NCBI RefSeq assembly: GCF_036262015.1
Contig: NZ_DATAJR010000006.1
Span: forward strand, 22,955-86,954
Direction: 5' to 3'
DNA from: Hyphomicrobium sp.
GTDB lineage: Bacteria > Pseudomonadota > Alphaproteobacteria > Rhizobiales > Hyphomicrobiaceae
Length of the DNA: 64,000 nucleotides
The notes beneath the pieces are model-generated. The model was not told the origin of the DNA. It saw nothing but the letters and a program-made list of their open reading frames with translations, and ran no database searches. The translations under genes and the position numbers were made by a program. Positions 1 through 9,346 of this stretch are shown one piece after another. Every line of letters starts with the position of its first letter. Within the stretch, counting starts at the first letter, position 1.

Positions 1-273
1 TAGCTTTGGGTTGCGCTGAAACCGCCGGAAGATCTCGCAGAGGTGCAGGCAGCAGGTCTCCAGTTCCCGCAGTGCCGTCACGGCCTTCCGCTTTGGCCGC
101 ATCCGATCGGTGGCGCGCTCGCGCGCGGCCCAATTGATGGTGGCGATGGAAGATATGGTTCCGAGCGCCGCAATGGCCGGCAGAACGGCAGCGAAGGGAT
201 CGGGAGCGATCCTTGAATCGCCATCGTCGGGCGCCGAAGGTCCGGAATCTTTAGCCAAAGGTTGACTGCTCAC
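1..273 (-). CDS. Hypothetical protein directly downstream of sdhA (partial, runs off left edge)
   Basis: Manual translation from GTG at 273 is open to the window edge: MSSQPLAKDSGPSAPDDGDSRIAPDPFAAVLPAIAALGTISSIATINWAARERATDRMRPKRKAVTALRELETCCLHLCEIFRRFQRNPKL. Not in the ORF track. Confidence 0.6.
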   Translation of the reverse strand, partial: MSSQPLAKDSGPSAPDDGDSRIAPDPFAAVLPAIAALGTISSIATINWAARERATDRMRPKRKAVTALRELETCCLHLCEIFRRFQRNPKL

Positions 274-433
274 TGTTGTGCAGACCGGCGCCGCAGCCGA
301 AAAAGGCGACAACATTTACGCTGAGGTCGCCCATGACACGTGGAGACTTGCGGCCCCGGCTCGCTTTCATCACACCACTCTGTCGAGAAGGCGGCAGCCG
401 TCCCGGGATAGGTGAAAAAACGGCCAAAAAAGC

Positions 434-2284
434 CTAATACACGCGCGCCTTCGGCTCGATGTACTTGATTTCGTTGGTCAACGTATGCGTGTGCACAGGC
501 CGGAAATCGATCTTCACCGATTGCGTCGCATAGTCGGCAAATGCCAACGTGTGCTTCATCCAGTTGGCATCGTCGCGGTTCGGATAGTCCTCACGGGCGT
601 GCGCGCCGCGGCTCTCCTTACGGTTCTCGGCACCGACGACCGTCACCGCTGCCTGCGCGATCAGGTTGTCGTATTCGAGCGTCTCGATCAGATCCGAATT
701 CCAGATCAGGGAGCGGTCGGTCACGCCAATGTCGCGCGTCTGCTTCCAGATCTCGGTGATCTTCTCGACGCCCTCCTTGAGCACTGGCCCGTCACGGAAC
801 ACGGCGCAGTTGGCTTGCATGACCTTCTGCATCTTGAGGCGCAGCGCCGCCGTCGGCTCTTTGCCCTTCGCATAGCGATAGCGGTCGAGGCGCGCGAGCG
901 CAGCGTCCGTTGCTCCCTTGTGGAAGTCGGGTTGCGACGCGCCGGTCTCGATCGTCGACTCGCACCGCAAGGCCGCTGCCCGTCCGAACACGACGAGATC
1001 GATGAGCGAATTCGAGCCGAGACGGTTCGCGCCATGCACCGAGACGCAGGCCGCTTCGCCGATGGCCATGAGGCCCGGAACGATGTGATCCGGATTACCG
1101 CCCTTCAGCGTCAGCACCTCGCCGTGATAGTTCGTCGGGATGCCGCCCATGTTGTAGTGCACCGTCGGCAGAACGGGGATCGGCTGGCGTGTGAGATCCA
1201 CGCCCGCGAATACCTTCGCGCTCTCCGTGATGCCGGGCAGGCGCTCGTGAAGGATTTTCGGATCTAGATGGTCGAGGTGCAGATAGATGTGATCGTTGTC
1301 GCCGCCGACGCCGCGGCCTTCGCGGATCTCGATCGTCATCGAGCGCGAAACGACGTCGCGTGAGGCAAGATCCTTGGCGTGGGGGGCATAGCGCTCCATG
1401 AAGCGCTCGCCCTGCGCGTTCGTGAGATAGCCGCCTTCGCCGCGCGCGCCCTCTGTAATGAGAACGCCCGCGCCGTAGATGCCGGTTGGATGGAACTGCA
1501 CGAATTCCATGTCCTGCAGCGGCAGGCCCGCGCGCAGCACCATCGCGTTGCCGTCGCCGGTGCAGGTGTGTGCCGATGTGCACGAGAAATACGCGCGCCC
1601 ATAGCCGCCCGTCGCGAGAATGGTGCGCTTGGCGCGGAAGCGGTGGATCGTACCGTCTTCCATTGAGAGCGCGATCACGCCGCGACAGACGCCCTCGTCG
1701 TCCATCAGGAGATCGAGCGCGAAGTACTCGATGAAGAACTCGGCCGAGTGACGAAGCGACTGGCCGTAGAGTGTATGCAGCATGGCGTGGCCGGTGCGGT
1801 CGGCCGCCGCGCACGTGCGCTGGGCGGGCGGTCCCGAGCCGAACTCGGTCGTCATGCCGCCGAACGGACGCTGATAGATCTTGCCGTCTTCCGTGCGCGA
1901 GAACGGAACGCCGTAGTGCTCGAGCTCGTAAACGGCATCCGGCGCGTGGCGGCAGAGATACTCGATGGCATCCTGGTCGCCGAGCCAATCCGACCCTTTG
2001 ACGGTGTCGTACATGTGCCAGCGCCAGTTGTCCGGACCCATGTTGCCGAGCGAAGCGGCAACGCCACCTTGTGCGGCGACCGTATGCGAGCGGGTCGGGA
2101 AAACCTTCGTGATGCAGGCCGTCTTGAGGCCGGCTTCCGCGGCGCCGAGCGTCGCGCGCAATCCGGCGCCGCCAGCACCGACAACGATCACGTCATAGGT
2201 GTGGTCTTGTGTGGGATAGGCCTTCCCGTTGATGGCGGGAGCGCTCACCGAAGCGGGATCTTTGCCGTTGGTCTTGGCGGCCAT
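434..2284 (-). CDS. sdhA: Succinate dehydrogenase flavoprotein subunit
   Basis: GAGGAG FAD motif, SHTVAAQGG covalent-FAD His motif, [17 protein letters not shown]. Start trimmed to ATG 2284 just after sdhD. Confidence 0.98.
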   Translation of the reverse strand: MAAKTNGKDPASVSAPAINGKAYPTQDHTYDVIVVGAGGAGLRATLGAAEAGLKTACITKVFPTRSHTVAAQGGVAASLGNMGPDNWRWHMYDTVKGSDWLGDQDAIEYLCRHAPDAVYELEHYGVPFSRTEDGKIYQRPFGGMTTEFGSGPPAQRTCAAADRTGHAMLHTLYGQSLRHSAEFFIEYFALDLLMDDEGVCRGVIALSMEDGTIHRFRAKRTILATGGYGRAYFSCTSAHTCTGDGNAMVLRAGLPLQDMEFVQFHPTGIYGAGVLITEGARGEGGYLTNAQGERFMERYAPHAKDLASRDVVSRSMTIEIREGRGVGGDNDHIYLHLDHLDPKILHERLPGITESAKVFAGVDLTRQPIPVLPTVHYNMGGIPTNYHGEVLTLKGGNPDHIVPGLMAIGEAACVSVHGANRLGSNSLIDLVVFGRAAALRCESTIETGASQPDFHKGATDAALARLDRYRYAKGKEPTAALRLKMQKVMQANCAVFRDGPVLKEGVEKITEIWKQTRDIGVTDRSLIWNSDLIETLEYDNLIAQAAVTVVGAENRKESRGAHAREDYPNRDDANWMKHTLAFADYATQSVKIDFRPVHTHTLTNEIKYIEPKARVY

Positions 2285-2292
2285 GGGTACGC

Positions 2293-2673
2293 TTAGCCTC
2301 CGAAGGAGAGCTTGAGGATGGAAAGGGTGCTCGCTCCAGCGACCGCGATCGCAAAGAACGTATTGAGCAGCAGCAGCGCGATCTTGGCGGCTTCGCCGTG
2401 CACATAGTCCTCGATGATGACCTGCATCCCGAGGCGCATATGAATGGCCGCCGACACGACGAACAGCAACAGCGGCAGTGCATAGAGCGGGTTCGCCAAC
2501 GTTGCCTTGACTTGCCCGTGGTCGGCACCGACCAGACTGAGGACCAAACAGATCGCGAAGATCGAGAGTAGGAGATTGGCCGCTGCGGTCACGCGCTGGA
2601 GCCAGAAATGGTCCGCGCCTTCTTTGGCCGATCCGAGATAGCGGACGTTCTTGAGAGGGGTACGCATGCTCAT
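2293..2673 (-). CDS. sdhD: Succinate dehydrogenase hydrophobic anchor subunit
   Basis: HFWLQRVTA and [15 protein letters not shown] motifs; ATG overlaps the sdhC stop. Confidence 0.95.
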   Translation of the reverse strand: MSMRTPLKNVRYLGSAKEGADHFWLQRVTAAANLLLSIFAICLVLSLVGADHGQVKATLANPLYALPLLLFVVSAAIHMRLGMQVIIEDYVHGEAAKIALLLLNTFFAIAVAGASTLSILKLSFGG

Positions 2674-3095
2674 GGCGCGGCGCCTCCAGTGCAGAGGAGC
2701 ACATAGCCCCAAATCAAGACCGTCGCGGTGGCGGAAAAGGCCAGCGTCCCCCAGGACAGGAGATCGACCGTTTCGAGCGCATAGCCGTGTCCGGTATCCC
2801 AGATGAAATGGCGGACACCGCCTGCCAGGTGATGTAGCAATGCCCAGGTGTAACCGATCAGGACGATCTGACCCGGCCACCAGGCAAGCCAGCTCGTCAC
2901 GGTATTGTAGGCATCCGCGCCGCTCGCCGCGGCAACCAGAACGCAAGCGACCAGGATCGTGCCGACGTAGAGCGCCCCTCCGGTGATGCGATGCACAATC
3001 GACATCAGCATGTTGATCGGCATTTTGTAGATCTGCAGGTGCGGCGAGAGCGGACGTGCCGCTTGCGAGCCTCGCTTCGCGTTGGCATCAGCCAT
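2670..3095 (-). CDS. sdhC: Succinate dehydrogenase cytochrome b556 subunit
   Basis: [18 protein letters not shown] and [13 protein letters not shown] motifs. Confidence 0.96.
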   Translation of the reverse strand: MADANAKRGSQAARPLSPHLQIYKMPINMLMSIVHRITGGALYVGTILVACVLVAAASGADAYNTVTSWLAWWPGQIVLIGYTWALLHHLAGGVRHFIWDTGHGYALETVDLLSWGTLAFSATATVLIWGYVLLCTGGAAP

Positions 3096-3237
3096 TGGTA
3101 TTCGTCCCTTTGGATGCACGGGCTGCGGCGGCCTTGAGACCGTGTCGGCCTTTTAGCTCGCACCGGCAAACCGGGCAATTCGCCAAATTGTTACGTTGCT
3201 GCCGCGGACGGCAGCGGTAAAAATACGATTCACCAAC

Positions 3238-4218
3238 TCAGGTTAGAGAGCCGACGATTGCCTTCCCGAGGCCCTGCCCGCTTTCGTAGGCATGCTCGGC
3301 CAAACGCCCGAGACACCAGTCCCCGGCGGTGCCGAGCCTGTGGTGGGTCGAGTAAATGAAGCTTTCGCCGAGCGACTGCTCGACGAGGCCATGCCGCCAG
3401 AGGTGCGCGGTCATGAGCTGCGGCGTGACGGGTGGCAAGCCGAGCTGCCGGGTCACCTCGCCCCAGATCTCTTCGGCTACGGCTTCGGGTTCGGCATCCT
3501 CGGTTTCGCGACTCCAGTTGGGAGACGCATGGATGACGATGGTCTCGCCGCCGCCCGTGGCGCTGCGGCCAGGCTTCGAGCTGTTGCGCGCGATCCAGCG
3601 CAGCACCTCGGACATATCGGAATAAACGTCCTGATCCGGCAGCGTGCGCTCGGCGAGCCGCACCATCACGGCCCAGGTCGGCAGCATCCGAACGCGCGAC
3701 AGGGCTTCCACCATGCCTTCCACCCGGCCAAGGAGCAGGCGCGCCGCTGGCGCCGGGATGGCCACTGCCACGGCCGCGAAGGGTCCCACGCTCGTCTGGT
3801 CCTCGAACCACACCATCCACCCCTTGTCGGTCCGTGACAACGTGTGAACCTTCTTTCCGGTGTGAACGCGAATGCTCTCGGCGAGGGGGCGCACGATGGA
3901 CGACATGCCCGGCGTGCCCACATACCATGTGTGAAGCTGGACGCCTTTGGTGTCGCCCGATGTCGTCTTGGGATCCCAGCGGGCCGCATAGCCGGCCGAC
4001 ACGAGCTCGTTGATGTAGGCGCGAAACTTGTCCGAACGGGCCGTGAGGTACTGCGCGCCGGAATCGAACGCCACGAGCCCGTTACGAGCTGTCGCCACGC
4101 GACCGCCAATCACGCGCTCTTGCTCGAACACTTCCACGAAGCAGCCCGCACGTCTGAGGTAGGACGAGCAAGACAACCCGGCCAAACCGGCGCCGATGAC
4201 GGCCACCTTATGCGTCAA
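3238..4218 (-). CDS. Renalase-like FAD/NAD(P)-dependent oxidoreductase (COG3380 type)
   Basis: N-terminal GAGLAG dinucleotide fold, GGRVATAR, FDSGAQYLT, C-terminal GDWCLGRLAEHAYESG; TTG start. Confidence 0.85.
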   Translation of the reverse strand: MTHKVAVIGAGLAGLSCSSYLRRAGCFVEVFEQERVIGGRVATARNGLVAFDSGAQYLTARSDKFRAYINELVSAGYAARWDPKTTSGDTKGVQLHTWYVGTPGMSSIVRPLAESIRVHTGKKVHTLSRTDKGWMVWFEDQTSVGPFAAVAVAIPAPAARLLLGRVEGMVEALSRVRMLPTWAVMVRLAERTLPDQDVYSDMSEVLRWIARNSSKPGRSATGGGETIVIHASPNWSRETEDAEPEAVAEEIWGEVTRQLGLPPVTPQLMTAHLWRHGLVEQSLGESFIYSTHHRLGTAGDWCLGRLAEHAYESGQGLGKAIVGSLT

Positions 4219-4352
4219 GAGTTAGCTGGCGAGACAGTCGCCCCTCCCGGAAAACAGCAGGTCTCATTCTTGTGGGTCAGGCGCGTGCGCAGTCCGCTGG
4301 AAAGTCTCGCGTGAAAACGATCTCGAAGACAAGCGATGAATCGCGAATGATT

Positions 4353-4378
4353 GGCAACTACCGAAAACGATAGTTGCC
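4353..4378. terminator. Hairpin downstream of mch (possible terminator)
   Basis: GGCAACTA-N10-TAGTTGCC inverted repeat; no clear U-tail. Confidence 0.3.
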
Positions 4379-4412
4379 TCAAGCACGAAGAACATTGCGC
4401 GAGAACGTCCGC

Positions 4413-5465
4413 TTAGCGCGGCAGCACAACCCAGATGTCGAGATCGAGGATCACGCCCTCCGCGTATTCGCCGCTGTCCTTCTTGAAGGGGAAGCTGCTC
4501 GCATCCTGGTTCTTGACCGCGACCAGGCGGGTCCGCAGCGCGCCGACGTCGGTCCGGCCGGGAAGCTCCGCCTTTTCCAGCACTTCCGACCAGGAATAGA
4601 CGGTATCACCCGCAAACAGCGGAGCCACGTGGCGGCCACCGTTGATCGCCGCGATGTGGAAGGCGTTGTTCATGCCGTTGAACGAGAGCGCGCGCGCCAG
4701 CGAGATCGTCACACCGCCGTAGACGATGCGCTTGCCAAAGCGGCCCTTGGCTTCCGTGTGCTGGTTGAAGTGCACCTTGGCCGTATTCTGGTAGAGGCGC
4801 GTCGCCATCTGGTGCTCGGCTTCTTCGAGCGTCATGCCGTCGACGTGGTCGATGCGCTCGCCGACTTCGTAGTCGCCCCAGCGATAGGGAGCCCCAGCCT
4901 CGGCGAAGTTATAGGCGGCGATGTCGAGCGGCGGCACTGCGCCGCCGATGTCCTTGGGATCGACGCGGTCGGGAAGCTGAGGCACCACGGCGTCCGGCGC
5001 CGGAGAAGCCTTGTCGCGTTTCCGCACCATCACCCAGCGGGTGTACTCGAGCACCACCTCGCCCTTCTGATTGCGCCCCGTCGAGCGGACGTAGACGGTG
5101 CCCGTCTCCCGGTTGGAATTTTCTTTGAGTCCAATGACTTCCGAGACGGTTGAGAGCGTATCGCCCGGATAGGCCGGCTTCAGAAAGCGGCCGCCAGCGT
5201 AGCCGAGGTTGGCGATGGCGTTCAGCGAGACATCGGGAACGGTCTTTCCGAACACCACGTGGAATAGCAGGAGATCGTCCACCGGTGACCGGGGATAGCC
5301 GATGGCGCGGGCAAACTGGTCCGAGGACTGAACGGCGAAACGGGGACCATAAAGGCTGGTGTAGAGCGCCACGTCACCTTCCGTCAGCGTGCGCGGCGTA
5401 GCGTGGTTCAGAATCTGCCCAACGCTGTAATCTTCAAAGAAGTTGCCCGGATTGGTCTTGGTCAT
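4413..5465 (-). CDS. mch: Double-MaoC dehydratase, mesaconyl-CoA hydratase (beta-methylmalyl-CoA dehydratase)-like
   Basis: MTKTNPGNFFEDYSVGQ start, TVPDVSLNAIANLGY, YQNTAKVHF, two hot-dog domains, 350 aa. Confidence 0.85.
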   Translation of the reverse strand: MTKTNPGNFFEDYSVGQILNHATPRTLTEGDVALYTSLYGPRFAVQSSDQFARAIGYPRSPVDDLLLFHVVFGKTVPDVSLNAIANLGYAGGRFLKPAYPGDTLSTVSEVIGLKENSNRETGTVYVRSTGRNQKGEVVLEYTRWVMVRKRDKASPAPDAVVPQLPDRVDPKDIGGAVPPLDIAAYNFAEAGAPYRWGDYEVGERIDHVDGMTLEEAEHQMATRLYQNTAKVHFNQHTEAKGRFGKRIVYGGVTISLARALSFNGMNNAFHIAAINGGRHVAPLFAGDTVYSWSEVLEKAELPGRTDVGALRTRLVAVKNQDASSFPFKKDSGEYAEGVILDLDIWVVLPR

Positions 5466-6810
5466 CGCGCTCGCTCGGTCGAAATGGGTCGTAGGGGGGT
5501 CGTATGCCACTTTTGGCGGCTCTGTGCGAGTGCGCCATATTGCTCGCTTGCCGCACCCTTTGCGCCATTCGCAGCAGCGATACTGCGGACGATTGGGAGG
5601 GGGAGGACAAGCTTCTGCGGCGCGTGCCAACCCAGACGAGCAATGCAGCGCTGCTAAATGCCACCCCGAGCATCGAGACGCCAATCCAGCCGGCATGGGC
5701 ATAGGCCATCGTGGATGCAGTTGCACCCATGGCACTGCCGATCGAATAGAACACCATGTAGCCGCCGACGAGACGGCTGCGCGCCTCGGGGTGGCGCGCG
5801 AAGATGATGCTTTGATTGGTGACGTGGATCGCCTGCACCGCAAGGTCGAGCAGCACGACGCCGATGACGAGTGCGGCGATCGACACCGGCAACAGCGCGA
5901 TCAGCCCCCACGATGCAATGAGGAGCACGAGCGAGAGGCCGGTTGTCCATTGGCCAAGGCCGCGATCCGCCAGTCTGCCCGCGCGGCTTGCCGCCGCCGC
6001 ACCTGCAAGGCCGACGAGGCCGAAAAGGCCGATCTCGCTATGGGAGAAAGAGAACGGAGGAGCGCTCAGCGGTAGCACCAGCGCAGTCCAGAACGTGCTG
6101 AATGCCGCGAACAGAAACAACGCCAGGACGCCACGGATGAGGAGCAAGGGCTCCCGTAGGAACAAAACTGGAATAGAGCGGAGCGTGGCGAAGTAGCCGT
6201 CGGTTTGTTCCGGCGACCGGCTCCTTGGCAGGATACGGATGAGGAGACAGGTCATGGCGAGCGTGAGGCCAGCCGAAACGAGATAGACGGCACGCCAGCC
6301 CCCGAGATCGGCCAGAACTCCGGCAACGAAACGGGCTGCGAGGATGCCGATCACGATCCCGCTGGTCACCAGTCCGACAGCCCTGCCGCGCTCGGATGAT
6401 GCGGCCAGCGTCGCGGCAAAGGCGACGAGCACCTGTGCCACGACCGCCAGGAGGCCGATCGCGGCCATGCCGGCAAACAGGACACCCTCCGTCCTGGCTG
6501 TCGCGACTGCAACGAGAGCGAACGCCGATAAGAGGCCTTGGGCAACAACGAGTCGGCGCCGGTCGAGAAGATCGCCGAGCGGCACGATGAAGAAGAGTCC
6601 GAGCGCGTATCCGATCTGCGTGAGGGTTACGACAAGCCCGATCGCTGCCGGGGCAATCCCGAAATCACCTGCGATCGCGTCGAGTAGCGGCTGGGCGTAG
6701 TAGACGTTCGCAACGCTGAGACCAGCCGCGGCTGCGAAAATCAATGCCGTGGACCTCGACAACCCGTTGGCCGATATGTGCTTTTCTTCGTTCGCCCCGC
6801 CACGGTGCAT
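5434..6810 (-). CDS. MFS transporter with an unusually long C-terminal tail overlapping the mch start
   Basis: About 12 hydrophobic segments, VANVYYAQPLL and VPLGDLLDRRRL motifs; stop lies 32 nt inside mch in another frame. Confidence 0.88.
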   Translation of the reverse strand: MHRGGANEEKHISANGLSRSTALIFAAAAGLSVANVYYAQPLLDAIAGDFGIAPAAIGLVVTLTQIGYALGLFFIVPLGDLLDRRRLVVAQGLLSAFALVAVATARTEGVLFAGMAAIGLLAVVAQVLVAFAATLAASSERGRAVGLVTSGIVIGILAARFVAGVLADLGGWRAVYLVSAGLTLAMTCLLIRILPRSRSPEQTDGYFATLRSIPVLFLREPLLLIRGVLALFLFAAFSTFWTALVLPLSAPPFSFSHSEIGLFGLVGLAGAAAASRAGRLADRGLGQWTTGLSLVLLIASWGLIALLPVSIAALVIGVVLLDLAVQAIHVTNQSIIFARHPEARSRLVGGYMVFYSIGSAMGATASTMAYAHAGWIGVSMLGVAFSSAALLVWVGTRRRSLSSPSQSSAVSLLRMAQRVRQASNMAHSHRAAKSGIRPPYDPFRPSERDDQDQSGQLL

Positions 6811-6873
6811 GGACCGTCCCTCGCCTGAGTGTTCCAGTCCTATGACGAGACCACTTGTGGGGCGGCAAATCTA

Positions 6874-6888
6874 GTTCTATTTTAGAAC
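6874..6888. promoter_or_regulatory. Putative operator of the HxlR-family regulator
   Basis: Perfect palindrome GTTCTA-TTT-TAGAAC in the 110-nt divergent intergenic region. Confidence 0.6.
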
Positions 6889-6920
6889 CGGATCTGGATG
6901 CGAGCAAAGGTTCGGGACAC

Positions 6921-7388
6921 ATGGTCAAGCGGGTCAGCCTGGCGGGAGCGGGATGTCCTGTGGCACGGGCGCTTGATGTGATTGGCGACTGGTGGTCACT
7001 GCTGATTATCCGGGATGCCTTCGACGGCATACGGCGTTTCAACGAATTCCAGACCGGGCTCGGCATTGCCAAGGGCATGCTGGCGAACCGTCTGCGTGAC
7101 CTCACGGAGCGCGGAATTCTGGAGACCGTGCCGGCTTCCGACGGCAGCGCCTATCGGGAGTACATCCTGACCGAAAAAGGGCGCGGCCTTTTCCTCGTCC
7201 TCGTCGCCTTACGCCAATGGGGCGAAGACCAGCTGTGCGGACCCGACGAAGAGCATTCCGTGCTGGTCGATACTACGAACGGTGATCCGGTGGGGCGTCT
7301 CGAATTGCGTGCATCCGATGGACGAGCGCTCACCTGGAGTGAGACTTATGTGCGAAAGTTGGGAGAAGGGCCGGGGCTGAAGAGATAG
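6921..7388 (+). CDS. HxlR-family winged-helix transcriptional regulator
   Basis: CPVARALDVIGDWWSLLIIRDAF...RRFNEFQ...LANRLRDL...EYILTEKG signature; divergent from the MFS gene. Confidence 0.92.
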   Translation: MVKRVSLAGAGCPVARALDVIGDWWSLLIIRDAFDGIRRFNEFQTGLGIAKGMLANRLRDLTERGILETVPASDGSAYREYILTEKGRGLFLVLVALRQWGEDQLCGPDEEHSVLVDTTNGDPVGRLELRASDGRALTWSETYVRKLGEGPGLKR

Positions 7389-7433
7389 ACCTTCGCCACC
7401 GGAACGCAGCCGCACGCTGATCCCGACCAAGCC

Positions 7434-8324
7434 CTAGAACCACTCCTCGATTTCCTTAACCGAGTTGGCGATCGCAACCGTCCGTTTGGCCTGCACCAGG
7501 TGCAGCCGCTCAACCATCTTGCCCTCGACTGTAATGACGCCCTTGGAGGCGTTCTCCGGCTCCTCGAACGCGCGGATGATCTTTTTCGACCACAGGATTT
7601 CTTCGTCCGTGGGCGCGAAGATCTCGTTGCACGGCGTCACTTGCGAGGGATGGATCAACGTCTTCCCGTCCATGCCGAGTGTACGCCCATGCTCGCACTC
7701 TGTGCGGAAACCCGTCTCGTCCTTGAAGTCGTTGTAGACGCCGTCGATGATGTCGAGGCCGTACCCGCGAGCTGCCACCACGGTCAGCGCCAGCCACGGC
7801 ACCACCGCGAACCGGTCGTGCAAGGCGCGCGCCCGGCTTTCTTTCAAGAGATCGTTCGTGCCCATGACGAGGCAAACGAGCCGGTTTTCGGGGTCGGCAC
7901 CCACGGCCGCGATCTGCGCCGCGTGCAGGATTGAGAGCGGCGTCTCCATCATCGCCCAGAGCTTCGTCTTCTCGGGCGCGTTGACAGACTTCAGGATTTT
8001 TGCCGCGCTGATGATGTCGCCCGGATGCTGCACCTTCGGAATGAGAATGGCATCCGGCGCGGCGGAGGCCGCAGCCAGGATGTCGGCCGTACCCCAGGCC
8101 GTTTCGAGCGCATTGGGGCGGATGACGATCTCGCGCCGCCCGTAGCCGCCCTCCTTCACCGCCGCGACAACCTTTTTGCGCGCTTCAACCTTTGCGTCGG
8201 GTGCGACCGAGTCCTCGAGGTCCAGGATCAGCGCATCAGCGGGCAAGGATCGCGATTTTTCGAGCGCGCGGTCGTTCGCGCCGGGCATATAGAGGACGCT
8301 GCGTCGGGGACGAATGAGAGTCAT
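7434..8324 (-). CDS. CitE/HpcH-family CoA-ester lyase/thioesterase, most like (3S)-malyl-CoA thioesterase Mcl2
   Basis: RSVLYMPGAN.RALEK, DLEDSV, MMETP, MGTNDL, DGVYNDFKD, GMDGKTLIHP. Confidence 0.82.
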   Translation of the reverse strand: MTLIRPRRSVLYMPGANDRALEKSRSLPADALILDLEDSVAPDAKVEARKKVVAAVKEGGYGRREIVIRPNALETAWGTADILAAASAAPDAILIPKVQHPGDIISAAKILKSVNAPEKTKLWAMMETPLSILHAAQIAAVGADPENRLVCLVMGTNDLLKESRARALHDRFAVVPWLALTVVAARGYGLDIIDGVYNDFKDETGFRTECEHGRTLGMDGKTLIHPSQVTPCNEIFAPTDEEILWSKKIIRAFEEPENASKGVITVEGKMVERLHLVQAKRTVAIANSVKEIEEWF

Positions 8325-8452
8325 CGGGTTCGTCTCGTTTTTTTTGGGAGGCGCGTACGGTGCAGTGCAAAAATACTGCAAAGCGCAGCGTGGACCAACG
8401 CGACTATATGCTCAGCCCACCGGATTTATGGCGCTGAGAGCGAAGGATCAAA

Positions 8453-9283
8453 ATGGCGACCATTCTTGCAGTCTCCTCGTTTGTGGCCCGCGGCACCGTA
8501 GGACTGCGTGCCATCATGCCCGCGTTGGATCGCATGGGCCACGAGGTCATCGCGTTCCCAACCACGCTCCTTTCAAACCACCTCGGGCATCCCCGCGCGG
8601 ACGGGGCGGCAGTTCCTCCGGAAACGCTCGTCGCCATGTTTGAGGCGTTCGATGCGAACGGGTGGCTGGCGAAGGTCGACGGCATTCAGACGGGATACCT
8701 GCCGAGCCCTGATCACGTCCGCCTTGTCGAGACGATGATCGAGCGCGTACGCGCCGTCAGGCCCGATGCGTTGATCGTCTGCGATCCTGTGCTCGGCGAT
8801 CATCCCGGCGGACTCTACGTGCCGAAAAGCGTCGCACACGCCGTCCACGACCGTTTGCTCCCGCGTGCGACCCACGTGAAACCCAATCCCTTTGAGCTCG
8901 CGTTTCTTTCGGATCGCACGATTGAAACGCTGGCTGATGTCATCGAGGCGGCGCGTGCGCTGCCGCCTGCGATCGTACTCGCAAGCTCCGTTCATGATGG
9001 ACCCGAGCGGCTCGCGAACGTGATCGTCACCGAAACACGCGCCGGGCTTTGCAGCGTGCCGCGAGTACGTGATGTTCCGCTTGGCACCGGAGATCTTCTG
9101 ACGGCACTCTTCACGGCACGTGCGCTCGAAGGAAAGGATCCGCTTGCAAGTGCGGCTTTTGCTGCCGCTGGCGTTGCTGCAGCGATTGCAGCCAGCAGCG
9201 GTCACGATGAGCTGCAGTTGGCGAGCCCGATCGAGTGGCACCGTGCTGCCCCATTGAGCATGGTCGACCTCGCGGCCGAATAG
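8453..9283 (+). CDS. pdxY: Pyridoxal/pyridoxamine kinase (PdxK/PdxY family)
   Basis: SSFVARGTVG, LSNHLGH, TGYL, CDPVLGD, PNPFEL, GTGD. Confidence 0.85.
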   Translation: MATILAVSSFVARGTVGLRAIMPALDRMGHEVIAFPTTLLSNHLGHPRADGAAVPPETLVAMFEAFDANGWLAKVDGIQTGYLPSPDHVRLVETMIERVRAVRPDALIVCDPVLGDHPGGLYVPKSVAHAVHDRLLPRATHVKPNPFELAFLSDRTIETLADVIEAARALPPAIVLASSVHDGPERLANVIVTETRAGLCSVPRVRDVPLGTGDLLTALFTARALEGKDPLASAAFAAAGVAAAIAASSGHDELQLASPIEWHRAAPLSMVDLAAE

Positions 9284-9346
9284 AGTTGACCCGCGATAGG
9301 GCATCCCGCAAAAGATGGAAAATCAACGCATTAGGAAAGAGTTGTG

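Noticed and set aside
2285-2704. N-terminal extensions given by the ORF track for sdhA, mch, acnA, dcp and the ABM gene
   Set aside because: They overlap neighbouring genes or promoters; downstream starts match family N-termini and, where checked, an RBS.
7434-8324. Calling this the serine-cycle malyl-CoA lyase (Mcl1/MclA)
   Set aside because: Length and motifs resemble the Mcl2/CitE subgroup more; no serine-cycle genes are adjacent. A phylogeny is needed.
9298-9309. 12-nt match AGGGCATCCCGC to one arm of the hairpin after acnA
   Set aside because: Too short and without a partner arm; may be chance.
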